Source: a virus | Lineage: Duplodnaviria; Caudoviricetes | DNA length: 64,000 nt | Virus record (IMG/VR): IMGVR_UViG_3300031993_000017 | Strand: one strand, 5' to 3' | Shown here: positions 46,046 through 55,905 of the stretch, piece after piece | Layout of the letters: the number at the start of each line of letters is the position of its first letter | Numbering within the stretch: position 1 is the stretch's first letter | Position numbers and translations under genes: made by a program | Notes under the pieces: generated by a model | Told to the model about the DNA's origin: nothing | Databases searched by the model: none | Seen by the model: the letters and a program-made list of their open reading frames with translations, nothing else

Positions 46046-47146
46046 TTATTCACCACTGTTTTCATCTTCAGGGTTCTTCATGATATCATTAACTTTAGGA
46101 ACTGGATTAGTATAAGTGATTTGCATCTGACGGCTTTCATCCAGTGTATCTACACCAGGCTTCATTACAGGTTCTACGATAGTCTTATCGGTAGTTTTAT
46201 CATACCGAAGGTTCCATGCATAAGGCCCATCCATTTCATCAATGATATCAATATCCATTTGTGTATTTGTAACAGGACCATAACCAAGTCCGAAAATCTG
46301 TGGTAACAATGCTTTCACTACATGTTCATTATTACATAATTGTAATGAGTACAATGCTCTATATCCAGCATTGATACTCGGTTCCTCTTCTTCAACAGAA
46401 TTTCGATACCAAGCCAGGCGACGCCTATCTGTTGTATTTATATCATGTACAACTTTTGGTCCACCTGTATATGGATTAGTTGTGATACCATCTTCAACAT
46501 ACATTGTCTGCATCTTAGCATAATCATTTCTGCTATAATGACCGACATGTGTTGATCCGATAGAAATACCTATATCTTCTGTATTTGTCAATCTTGCATC
46601 AATAGAAATCTTATTTCTTGCATCACACCGTACCCCTGCAAACTGGAATAAATACATTCCGAGAGGTCTTACATATTCAATACAAGAATCAATCGGGATC
46701 TCTGTAGAAAAATATACAACATCTATGTATCCTTCTTCTACATGTGGTGTTACATAAGCACTATTCACAGGAATAGAGGTATCTTCCAAGCGGTTATAAA
46801 GGATATCATTTTCTTTTCCATAATCCAAAATATTGAATTGTGCTAGATTTGTTTCCGCTGCCAATGTAACTCCGTCTTTACTACCACGGTTTCTTATCAT
46901 TGACATAAAATACAAAAGGATCAATCTGTTGTATGCGGTCGGTAACCTGTCATCATATTTGAATCCCATTGTATCGGCAAGCATCCATAGCAATTCTTCT
47001 GGGCACCTAAGAGGATCATAAATATCTGGAAGATTTTCAGTATCATACTGAATCTTTGATAGTGAGTTTTCGAACCATTTCAGAAAGAACCGAAAATCAT
47101 CACTACTTTTATATATTTCAGGTACAGAAACTTTTGAAATGTCCAC
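46046..47146 (-). CDS. baseplate/tail protein (P2 gpI-like)
   Basis: DPLRCP..LL..LA...G, RG+..G, YVRP.G; follows gpJ/gp6-like gene. Confidence 0.7.
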   Translation of the reverse strand: MDISKVSVPEIYKSSDDFRFFLKWFENSLSKIQYDTENLPDIYDPLRCPEELLWMLADTMGFKYDDRLPTAYNRLILLYFMSMIRNRGSKDGVTLAAETNLAQFNILDYGKENDILYNRLEDTSIPVNSAYVTPHVEEGYIDVVYFSTEIPIDSCIEYVRPLGMYLFQFAGVRCDARNKISIDARLTNTEDIGISIGSTHVGHYSRNDYAKMQTMYVEDGITTNPYTGGPKVVHDINTTDRRRLAWYRNSVEEEEPSINAGYRALYSLQLCNNEHVVKALLPQIFGLGYGPVTNTQMDIDIIDEMDGPYAWNLRYDKTTDKTIVEPVMKPGVDTLDESRQMQITYTNPVPKVNDIMKNPEDENSGE

Positions 47147-47158
47147 TAACTCACCACC

Positions 47159-49207
47159 TTACTTCACGATATAATCAGGGCTAACACGAATGTTCTGTGC
47201 CGTAGAACCAGGATCACTGAATCTTGCGAAACTGATGTAATTGAACCATTCCGGATCACAATCAAAATACTTTATTACATCTGTATTCAGGCTACCCGCA
47301 TCAAAGTAATCAATTCTGCTATCTGCTTTTCTAACTACATTTATGATTTCCATTACAGTAGGCTTTTGACCTATCTCACGATTTGCAGGTGAAAAGTATA
47401 ATGCAAGAGCTTCCTTTACAGTTGCTATAATGTTATTTGCAACATCCTGGCTTACAGGTTTCTTCGGATAAATCTGACCGACAACATAGAATGGGAATAC
47501 TCTGACATATCCGAATTGTAATTCAACCGACATGGCTTGTAATGGTCTGTAATCTCTTACAACATTATCAATGAACTGTGTCGGCGGTTTGTATCTTGTA
47601 AATACCTTATAATTACGAACAGTTGCATTAGATGTTTTACCTTGTCCCCAAGAACTATTCTTGAAATCATTATGAATCGCAAAGCACATCGCAGTATATG
47701 TTTTGAAATTGGAAACCATACTCTTTGCTTTATCTGCAGAAAATCCACCAGGAATTCTGATACGTTCACCAACTTTAATATCTGATTCAGAATCCATATC
47801 ATTATATTGAAGTAATGTATCTACGGAAATATCATATGCGGTTGCGATACTTTCAGCAGTTTCACCATAGGCAACTAAATGCAACAAGGCTTTACTACTA
47901 AGACTTGCATTGAGTAAACTTGTCCAATCCGGTGATGTATCACCTACAGGGAAATCACTATTGGTGATATACATCTTCGCCTTTTGAGAATCTGTAAGGT
48001 TTTCATCTTCATAAATCGACATATTGATTTCAAGTGCTTTTTGGCAATCTATGACAACACCGCAATCAACACCAGGTTCACGATTAAGAAACCGATTGAA
48101 GTCTGGAAGTGTGATAAGACTATCCCATGTGTTTATGTAATTTCTGCTATTGTAATATGCTTCCTTTGCAGTCTCAGGACTTCTACCTGTCACCGTGTAT
48201 GTATGAGGAAGTTCAACTGTATTTGAAAGATTTGAAATCATAAGATTTCCAGATTCTTCGTTTACAACATCTCCTGTTTGTTTTGCCTGAAGATAATTGC
48301 TAAGTACATTTTCACCGACACAACCGATAACACCTGAACAATCGATCCAATATACTGTAAGATAATTGTTGCTGTAATTTTCAAGCTGATCAAGATAGTT
48401 ACTTACTTGAATCTGTGCATTAGAATAGGAATCATAAGTAACAGCGAATCTCGGTTCCGGTACAACAAATTCCGCTGCGTTAGAACACTGTTTCCATTGA
48501 GTTGCCAAGAAATCACTTGCACTGGATGATGCTTTTGCTTTCATCCAAATAGCAGTGGTATCAATATGCTGTGAAGGAATGCTGATTATGTAGTTATTTT
48601 TCTTTACTTGTTCAACAGAAACACTGTAACTTCTAAGTTCACCTTCAATACCTACACGAGTTACACTTTCACCAGGTTTCAAAGTAATCGGATCAGAAGT
48701 ATCAAAGATATTTACATCCTCTGTAGTAGTAACTCTACGACTTCTTGAATCCTTACTACCATAACTATTTGTTCTAGGTAAAATATTATAGGTGATAACT
48801 CTAGAATGATTTGTAATATCCGTATAAGCATTCACAGTTGAAAAGTTTGATCCGCTAAAACCGAAATCCAAATTGATCGCAGTTTCTGCAACATTTGTAA
48901 AAGTGATTTCAGTTCTTGCTGCCTTAAACCATCCGAGTTCATAACCGATCAAACCAAATAATTTTTCAGCATTCTTTCTCTGAGATACTGAAGGTGCGAA
49001 TAATTCATTCGCAAGTAAATCTACATTTACACCGAGCATATCTGCAACGGATGCTAAAAACTTACCCATAACAACACCGGGATCTGAATCAGATTCAGGT
49101 TTCCACAAGTCTGTCATAGTCGGAACGACTGACCAGAAATCTGCAAGAATTGATTGATAATCTCGTGATGTATATTTAACTACGCCTCTGCTTACATCCT
49201 CATTCAT
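47159..49207 (-). CDS. baseplate wedge protein (T4 gp6/gpJ-like) with an inserted LysM domain
   Basis: YTSRDY, SDPG, IGY, G..PET, LITL.DF; LysM at about 47750-47885. Confidence 0.8.
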   Translation of the reverse strand: MNEDVSRGVVKYTSRDYQSILADFWSVVPTMTDLWKPESDSDPGVVMGKFLASVADMLGVNVDLLANELFAPSVSQRKNAEKLFGLIGYELGWFKAARTEITFTNVAETAINLDFGFSGSNFSTVNAYTDITNHSRVITYNILPRTNSYGSKDSRSRRVTTTEDVNIFDTSDPITLKPGESVTRVGIEGELRSYSVSVEQVKKNNYIISIPSQHIDTTAIWMKAKASSSASDFLATQWKQCSNAAEFVVPEPRFAVTYDSYSNAQIQVSNYLDQLENYSNNYLTVYWIDCSGVIGCVGENVLSNYLQAKQTGDVVNEESGNLMISNLSNTVELPHTYTVTGRSPETAKEAYYNSRNYINTWDSLITLPDFNRFLNREPGVDCGVVIDCQKALEINMSIYEDENLTDSQKAKMYITNSDFPVGDTSPDWTSLLNASLSSKALLHLVAYGETAESIATAYDISVDTLLQYNDMDSESDIKVGERIRIPGGFSADKAKSMVSNFKTYTAMCFAIHNDFKNSSWGQGKTSNATVRNYKVFTRYKPPTQFIDNVVRDYRPLQAMSVELQFGYVRVFPFYVVGQIYPKKPVSQDVANNIIATVKEALALYFSPANREIGQKPTVMEIINVVRKADSRIDYFDAGSLNTDVIKYFDCDPEWFNYISFARFSDPGSTAQNIRVSPDYIVK

Positions 49208-49673
49208 ACGTCTTCACCCCATTTTCATCAAGTGTATATGTTCTGTCTGTTCTAGAAATCAATCCATACCATTCATCATTTAATTTTACAATCAAGTTAT
49301 CACCATAAATGGTATGTAAACCTACAGTCATTTTCAATTGGTTGTCGTTAAATTCTTGATCATTTTGAAGATTTCCGGTAAACATCAACCCATCTGTAAA
49401 TTGTGTTTGTTCTGCATATACGCTAGGTTCAAACATATCTAATTGATCAATGATACGACTTTTTACTTGTGCTTTTGTGTTTTCATTATTATATTGCCAT
49501 AAGTATCTTTTTAATCCTACACCAAATTTCGGCTCATTATACAGCTCTGTCGGATCTGTAAGCATCAGCAATCTAACACGATTTACTACAGAAGCATCAT
49601 CATCTAGAACAGCTACATTGTTTCTTACGGGGTCCAATATGTTAGGAAATGCCCATGAAGATGTATTGCTCAT
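49200..49673 (-). CDS. baseplate wedge subunit (gp25/GPW-like)
   Basis: LLMLTDPTEL..EPKFGVGL..YL...FEP. Confidence 0.8.
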   Translation of the reverse strand: MSNTSSWAFPNILDPVRNNVAVLDDDASVVNRVRLLMLTDPTELYNEPKFGVGLKRYLWQYNNENTKAQVKSRIIDQLDMFEPSVYAEQTQFTDGLMFTGNLQNDQEFNDNQLKMTVGLHTIYGDNLIVKLNDEWYGLISRTDRTYTLDENGVKTYE

Positions 49674-49699
49674 TTTTACTACCTACCTTTCTGAAAGTT

Positions 49700-49990
49700 T
49701 CAGATTTGAGTTCCATTTTTGTATGAACCACCTGTCATACCTATCACTATGAATTCATAACTGTGTTCATTTAAGGATTGTAATACAACGACTTCTCCAT
49801 CTGTCGGAGTATGTGGTAAAAGTATGGAATTATAAAATGGTAAGTCACCATCTTGTGTATAGTTCCTTACTTTTTGTCCTCTGTATTCAGATTGTTTGTA
49901 TGGACCATGTATTGACGGAATCCTAACTTGAATCATCAATGCACCATCTTTATTATACTTATAACTTTTTGCATATCCATATACAATCAT
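49700..49990 (-). CDS. baseplate spike N-terminal OB-fold-like protein
   Basis: IQVRIPSIHG...LP...P..GEVV.L...I.IG. Confidence 0.6.
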   Translation of the reverse strand: MIVYGYAKSYKYNKDGALMIQVRIPSIHGPYKQSEYRGQKVRNYTQDGDLPFYNSILLPHTPTDGEVVVLQSLNEHSYEFIVIGMTGGSYKNGTQI

Positions 49991-51351
49991 TTTTTGTCCT
50001 CAACTAACATCTTTTCATATTCATTGTAGCCCTTTAATGAACATGATTCCAAGATTGCTTTCGTGTAACCGGGATAGAATTCATCAAGCATTATCTCAAC
50101 ACTTTTCTTGATATACTTCTTCTCATTTTTAACGACTTCATTTTCCATTTTTGAAATGAAATCTTTATGATTCAAAGTAACATCAATCCACCAATAATCC
50201 ATTTGACCTGTGATATTATCTTGCCAAGTTTTACCACATGAACGGATTACTTTTTCAATATCTCCTTTGTCCCATCCCATTATACCATATCTTTGTTTTT
50301 CTTTATCAACAAAATCAGAATGAAATTCAGAAATTTTCCAAATTACTGCAAGAATCCCTATCATCTGAGATGCATTGAACCCTTTATCAAGAAGATATCT
50401 ACAAACTACTTTCTCTCTAGAATCTGTGAGTAGATCTGTATCAAGTCTACTTCCGTCAAAATAGTATTGAGCACTGCTATCATTTCTTACCAATTCTGAT
50501 AATGTATTTGTATAATTTATAACGGAAAGTTTGATGCCTGTATTGGAAGTTGTTTTATTTCCATTCCTATCAATATAACAAACTTCCCTTATGATTGCAT
50601 CTTCCTGTGTGTTTGTAGTAGTATATAAACTCTTTGAGATTAAAGTTGCAGGTTCAATAGGTTCAATATCTTGAACAGTATCTTTCACAACTGATTTTTG
50701 TGTATTGACTGCAGGTGTGATAACTGTAGGTGTTTGTGTTGTATCTGTTGGTTGTGTTGATGGTTGAACCTGTGAAGAATATATTATATTGCTTGCATTT
50801 TGGCTATTCATCAACACAGAATTTATTCCGCTATAACTACCGCCGATTACAGACCAATTAGGTCTACAATAAGCATAAATGGTAGGATCTCCTAAATCTC
50901 GTTCACGAGTATCACACATATTTGGCTGCATGGTGTTTATGTAAGTAACATTACCTTCTATGGTGTACACTTTTCCGTTTGCTACACCTCTTACAATACC
51001 TACATGGTAATTAGAAGGATACTTATATAAGATTATATCACCTGGGCTTGGAACTGCCACATTTCCAAGAATTGTTCCATTTATCCAAGTACCAGGATTT
51101 GCAATAAATGCACCATTGGCACTACTGCTGTACATTGTAATATCAAATGCAGCCCAGGAAAAGAAAATGACATTACCTATAACTGGCAACCCAATTTGTT
51201 GTTCTAGTTTTCTTCCACACGCTACAATGAATGCTGCACAGAATGCATAAGTCGGTGATAATCCTGAAAGTGAATATGCAAATGTTCCATCTTCCCCTCT
51301 GTGGCTCATAGCAATATCTATAAACATTTGAATAGGATTTGCCATAGTCAC
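49987..51351 (-). CDS. virion-associated peptidoglycan hydrolase: CHAP plus tail-lysozyme-like domain
   Basis: FCAAF, PGDII, HVGIV, TIEGN; C-terminal KGF..Q..GIL....S.F...YGI..W. Confidence 0.75.
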   Translation of the reverse strand: MTMANPIQMFIDIAMSHRGEDGTFAYSLSGLSPTYAFCAAFIVACGRKLEQQIGLPVIGNVIFFSWAAFDITMYSSSANGAFIANPGTWINGTILGNVAVPSPGDIILYKYPSNYHVGIVRGVANGKVYTIEGNVTYINTMQPNMCDTRERDLGDPTIYAYCRPNWSVIGGSYSGINSVLMNSQNASNIIYSSQVQPSTQPTDTTQTPTVITPAVNTQKSVVKDTVQDIEPIEPATLISKSLYTTTNTQEDAIIREVCYIDRNGNKTTSNTGIKLSVINYTNTLSELVRNDSSAQYYFDGSRLDTDLLTDSREKVVCRYLLDKGFNASQMIGILAVIWKISEFHSDFVDKEKQRYGIMGWDKGDIEKVIRSCGKTWQDNITGQMDYWWIDVTLNHKDFISKMENEVVKNEKKYIKKSVEIMLDEFYPGYTKAILESCSLKGYNEYEKMLVEDKK

Positions 51352-51923
51352 ACCTCAACATTAAAGAACTCCGGGTCAAGTAATCCAGCTAAAACAGATG
51401 TATCATTCACATGATCTATTAACCATAAATACCAATTTAAGCATTGATCTTTCCATGTAATCTGTTTCAGAAAATATTTGTTGCAATATAATCCGATCCT
51501 ATCAGTTATTCCTAGTTTTGATAATTCTGAATAATAGGCATTCAGTAATCTGTCATTTGTAGCAATATCACTTGTCAAACTCGGAACCAACCAAACACCT
51601 AAATCAACATAATTATTCCGAATGATATTATCAACTCCGTCTATTTCTTCTTTCACCTGTGCAGTCGTTGAAGCTCTTGCATAGAAGAAAAGTCCGAGTT
51701 TCAGATCCGCCGCCTTTACCGCCTTTATTTGATCAGTCATTGATTTGTTTCTGATCCAATCAGAATTCAAAGCCAATCTTGTATGTGTCTGAGTATATAG
51801 ATATCCTGCATCGACAAACGCACCTACTACACCTATTTTCTTCAACTCTGATAAATCTACTGCAGGGGAAGAATTATCAAGTGTGATTATATATGGTGTT
51901 AATTTTGATGCATCTATATTCAT
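51348..51923 (-). CDS. GH25 muramidase-like TIM-barrel protein, possibly degenerate
   Basis: VDL..LK..GV, GL+FYARA.T...E, GLYCN, LWL. Confidence 0.55.
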   Translation of the reverse strand: MNIDASKLTPYIITLDNSSPAVDLSELKKIGVVGAFVDAGYLYTQTHTRLALNSDWIRNKSMTDQIKAVKAADLKLGLFFYARASTTAQVKEEIDGVDNIIRNNYVDLGVWLVPSLTSDIATNDRLLNAYYSELSKLGITDRIGLYCNKYFLKQITWKDQCLNWYLWLIDHVNDTSVLAGLLDPEFFNVEV

Positions 51924-51941
51924 TTTCCACCCATTTCAAAA

Positions 51942-51974
51942 TAGGGAAGTTCTCAGTCGTGAGAAACTTCCCTA
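51942..51974 (-). terminator. intrinsic terminator
   Basis: TAGGGAAGTTCTCA...TGAGAAACTTCCCTA. Confidence 0.75.
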
Positions 51975-52013
51975 CCGGTTCGCTTGCCACCTGAACCATT
52001 TAATAATTTCAAA

Positions 52014-52373
52014 TTAAGTTAACTCTTGTGTATAACTCATGAACTCATCGTAGTTTACTTGCTTCATTGGCAGGGCTAAGAAATCCTCATGAGTTTGTTT
52101 CATCACACCATTTTTCCCGAGGGCTTCATACTGTGTCCACAGATTTTCAAAATTGTCACTTTCCTCCTTCGTTCTACATTTCCGTTTTTCTGCTCGGAAA
52201 TATATCTCATAAAGTCTATCACGGAGAAGTGCCTGAGTGCCGAGTTCGTTCGCTTTAATACGACCCCAAATTTTGAATAAAAATCCATAGATGGAAACAA
52301 GTATCCCGCCACCAAATAAAATAGATAACACTTGTAGAATTTTCAAGAAATCCATCATAATACCTCTCAACAT
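52014..52373 (-). CDS. membrane protein commonly linked to phage lysis genes
   Basis: N-terminal TM; G.QALLRDRL...Y..LG.NG. Confidence 0.7.
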   Translation of the reverse strand: MLRGIMMDFLKILQVLSILFGGGILVSIYGFLFKIWGRIKANELGTQALLRDRLYEIYFRAEKRKCRTKEESDNFENLWTQYEALGKNGVMKQTHEDFLALPMKQVNYDEFMSYTQELT

Positions 52374-52422
52374 CTAAAAATATGAATATACATAACCTAA
52401 TTTCCTATATTTATACAAGGTT

Positions 52423-53880
52423 TTACTTGATGTCTGTCATGTTAGGGTACAATTCACCAAAATCCGCATTATAAGGTCCAAGTATGTTACTTGTTGTTCT
52501 GAAAGAATTAGAATCATATCCAGAGCTGCCATTTACATAAATGCTACTAGTAGATGCCACCTGATTTGCGGTACCAAGTGTAAGTCTCTGCAATTGTAAA
52601 CCGGTTATGAAATTCTCACCTATCGTATGAGATACTGACATAATGCTATATACACCGGTGATAGGTGATAATGTGTTTCCGCTCATAACCAATAATGATA
52701 TAGGTTGTGCGATTTCATACTTTGTTAGGTTACCGGGAATCGTTACATTGAATGATCCTGAAAATTGGCTTGCGATTGCATTTACATCGTTTATGATATT
52801 AGCTGTTTGAAATACATCAGGTAAACTTGCACTCCAGCTATTCACAACACTTTCATCATTGATAATGGAATTACCACTTGCATCAAGAGTGAATCCTACG
52901 GATTTGAAATCCATATCTGTCATATTGTATGCAACACCATTGTAGGAACCGCTCAGACTAAGGACATTTGTATTTGATGTTCCATACTGTAATGTTTCTT
53001 CGGAATGTGATGTTAATAATCCCGCATCACTTTTGAAATGAATTATACCTCTTGATGTTGCTGTGGGTTCATCTATCCATGCAGAAAATGATGCACACTG
53101 AGGTGCAGTATCTGTTGTATATTCCTTCAAGAAATACTCAATTGGTGTGATTGATGCATTGTTTTGTATCTGACTTAAAGATCTTGCACGGTAGAAATTC
53201 AGACCTGTTGCGGTTCTCGCTCCGTTGTATGTTTTTGCATATCGTTCAAATCCAGCCCATTTGTCATATGATTCTGTACCGTCATAATTGCCTTTTATCA
53301 ACTGCCGTAAGCTCATATCCTGAGCACAACACTGAATCAATGTAGGCGAATCACAATGGTCAATATCATAATCGTAGTATTCATTTGCTTTAAGTGCGTT
53401 CAATATAGCTTCAAGAACAGATGAAGGTTGTGCATATCCGCAGAAGTCTGGAATATGTAGTACCGGCATATTTGATTGAACTGCCAGTTGAGCATATCCC
53501 TGAATTTCGTACCTCATAAACATACCAGATGTACTTACATTAAATTTCAATGTAAATCCCTGATAACTGATGTATGAGTCTACTCTACCATTTGCATCAA
53601 GCCAACCAAATGCAAATGACACTGGAATACCACTTGCGTTCGGGTAAGAACTTGTAGCCTGTGCTGCACTGTACAATAACGCTTCAAAAGCAGATACATT
53701 TACACTTCTGCTTGCATCACTCCCTATTGTAACTGACAAGGTGAAACTTGTCATCGAAGCGATTTCTGAATTGCTCAGAGAAAGTGATGTAAATGGTGAC
53801 GGTATTGTTAAACCATAATCTGTTAAAGATACGCCTGCCAATGTGACAGAACACCAATGTTGTAGTTTCACTGAAATCAC
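52423..53880 (-). CDS. baseplate hub protein (gp27/gpD-like)
   Basis: FGW, VTIPGN, TGVY.I.SVSHTI...T.L.L.R. Confidence 0.65.
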   Translation of the reverse strand: MISVKLQHWCSVTLAGVSLTDYGLTIPSPFTSLSLSNSEIASMTSFTLSVTIGSDASRSVNVSAFEALLYSAAQATSSYPNASGIPVSFAFGWLDANGRVDSYISYQGFTLKFNVSTSGMFMRYEIQGYAQLAVQSNMPVLHIPDFCGYAQPSSVLEAILNALKANEYYDYDIDHCDSPTLIQCCAQDMSLRQLIKGNYDGTESYDKWAGFERYAKTYNGARTATGLNFYRARSLSQIQNNASITPIEYFLKEYTTDTAPQCASFSAWIDEPTATSRGIIHFKSDAGLLTSHSEETLQYGTSNTNVLSLSGSYNGVAYNMTDMDFKSVGFTLDASGNSIINDESVVNSWSASLPDVFQTANIINDVNAIASQFSGSFNVTIPGNLTKYEIAQPISLLVMSGNTLSPITGVYSIMSVSHTIGENFITGLQLQRLTLGTANQVASTSSIYVNGSSGYDSNSFRTTSNILGPYNADFGELYPNMTDIK

Positions 53881-54305
53881 TCCGATCCAAGGTTCAATTT
53901 GTTCGGTGGAATAGGTTCAAGAATTTCACCGCGATTAAACAAGTCTGTAATCGAATTAGGAATCATCAACCTATCGCCCTCACGGATTGTAAATCCATCT
54001 TCAATCCCATTGAAATATGCGATTATCCAACTGTATGTAGAATCTCCTAAAAACATATTGGCTATAATGTCAAGTCTGTTTTCATAGATTGCAGGAACAT
54101 CATAATATCTTATCTTCAGATTTGTTGTAAATGGATTAACTGTTTCAAGAGCAACAAATCTTTCAGATTCCAAATCGGGATTATGAACTAACTGACGTAA
54201 TCCACGGTATCTGGATATGTGATTAAATTCTCGGCATACACCATATTGAATTCCACCATTACTATTCACTGTCCTATATGGTGTAAGTGTATTCAAAATC
54301 TTCAT
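53877..54305 (-). CDS. LysM-like baseplate wedge protein (gp53/gpX-like)
   Basis: RLDIIA..F.GD....WIIA.FN.I.D.F....G..L.IP. Confidence 0.75.
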   Translation of the reverse strand: MKILNTLTPYRTVNSNGGIQYGVCREFNHISRYRGLRQLVHNPDLESERFVALETVNPFTTNLKIRYYDVPAIYENRLDIIANMFLGDSTYSWIIAYFNGIEDGFTIREGDRLMIPNSITDLFNRGEILEPIPPNKLNLGSE

Positions 54306-54327
54306 TATATGCTCCGATCTTATGCGA

Positions 54328-55335
54328 TTATCCGATAATCGGCATATTCATGATAGTATCATAACTAAGAGGTTTCTTAGAAATTTCAGTTATTGTTAAA
54401 CTCATATTACAGTTCAGATACCAACCGTCTAATCCAATTGGTCCGTCCCAATCGGTAGAAACATCTGTTAAAATTCCATGTATTGAAACTCTGCCATCAA
54501 TATATAAAGTGACAGTTGATGTGATTACACTGGAACCATTGTATCTAGGATAACAGTTCGCTTCGCAGAATCTTATAAGTTTATTTGCACCACCAAGCCT
54601 ATGATCTCCATTCCACATATCACGATGAAAATGGAATTTATATGTTACCTGTCTCGGACCGGAATTCTGATATAACATCCATGGTTCATATTGGTACAAT
54701 AAATCTCCAAGTTCTGTGTAACTTGCTTTTCTTGAATCACTGAAGTCTTCTGGGTAACAAGGTATATCCATACTTGAATCTGATAATGATGAATACAATG
54801 TTATCTTTCCCCATGGAAATTTGAAATCACCGAATATACCATTAGATTGCAAACTATTTGCCGGATTCAGCAATGTAGGTGCATTTGTATTACTCAAATC
54901 ACTGAAAATAGTAGGATTCACTTCACCAGTTGTTTGCATCTGAAGCATTGCAATTCTAAATGTAAGCTCAGATATATTTCCTGTACCACCTAAAACTTTA
55001 TCACTCGGAGGTAATTGACAATCATCAGGTAATTTCAAATATCCTGGAATGGTACCGAGTACATCCATTACTTTCCAGCTAGAATCACCCATAAGACAGC
55101 AATGTTCGAATACATCTGCATCAGATGAAAGTTTTCCTAGCATATTTATCTTTCTTTCTACGGAAACATCATCACCGGAGTACATTATTTCATTACACTT
55201 TGAAAGAAATTGACGTCCTACATTAGGTCCCCATTCCAACTCATTCAAGTGCAAAACATCATTGATATGTGCAGCACCTACAATTTCTGTCAATTCTTTT
55301 AATGTTGTCGTAGAATCTATCTTGAGAAATTGCAT
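54328..55335 (-). CDS. tail tube initiator-like baseplate protein
   Basis: P..FSDSRKA.Y......YEP...Y.NSGPR...YP.Y...GILT.VS..W. Confidence 0.65.
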   Translation of the reverse strand: MQFLKIDSTTTLKELTEIVGAAHINDVLHLNELEWGPNVGRQFLSKCNEIMYSGDDVSVERKINMLGKLSSDADVFEHCCLMGDSSWKVMDVLGTIPGYLKLPDDCQLPPSDKVLGGTGNISELTFRIAMLQMQTTGEVNPTIFSDLSNTNAPTLLNPANSLQSNGIFGDFKFPWGKITLYSSLSDSSMDIPCYPEDFSDSRKASYTELGDLLYQYEPWMLYQNSGPRQVTYKFHFHRDMWNGDHRLGGANKLIRFCEANCYPRYNGSSVITSTVTLYIDGRVSIHGILTDVSTDWDGPIGLDGWYLNCNMSLTITEISKKPLSYDTIMNMPIIG

Positions 55336-55339
55336 ACAA

Positions 55340-55894
55340 TCACCTCGTTGGAGTATTTGCTTTCAGTAATCTCAGATATTTTATTACATGTGGTTCACCA
55401 AATATTGTAGCTGGTCTATCTGTTTGATTTGTTCTCTTCAACCAAGCAGAACTTATCTGATAACAATATGTGCTAACCTGTGGAGTAAACTCTGGTTCCA
55501 TTGAATTGATTCCGAACAGCATCAACAATCCGTCAAGATCAAGATAGTCACTATGTCCAGATATTGTGGATTGATTCATATAAGATAATATCCAATCTGG
55601 TATTTTCTTATCATCTTCTATGGAATCACAGAATTCTTTTAATTCCTTTGCCATACCGGAAACTAATTCACGATATTGCGGTTCCAAGGATTTATCAGGT
55701 AGGCTGTAGTAATCCTTAAACATTGACAGATTTTCATCACCCATGAATCTATCCCATTCTGAATCAGTAATGGGATAGTCCATAGGGAGAAATGCTTCAC
55801 ACATCTCATTATCTGAAATCATATGCGGCGGATAATCCGGTAGATAACCTTCTTTCACCATTTTGATTTTTACTATGTCTGTATTCAAACTCAT
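55340..55894 (-). CDS. hypothetical protein of the tail module
   Basis: GAGGTG RBS, context. Confidence 0.65.
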   Translation of the reverse strand: MSLNTDIVKIKMVKEGYLPDYPPHMISDNEMCEAFLPMDYPITDSEWDRFMGDENLSMFKDYYSLPDKSLEPQYRELVSGMAKELKEFCDSIEDDKKIPDWILSYMNQSTISGHSDYLDLDGLLMLFGINSMEPEFTPQVSTYCYQISSAWLKRTNQTDRPATIFGEPHVIKYLRLLKANTPTR

Positions 55895-55905
55895 TGTTGA
55901 TCACC

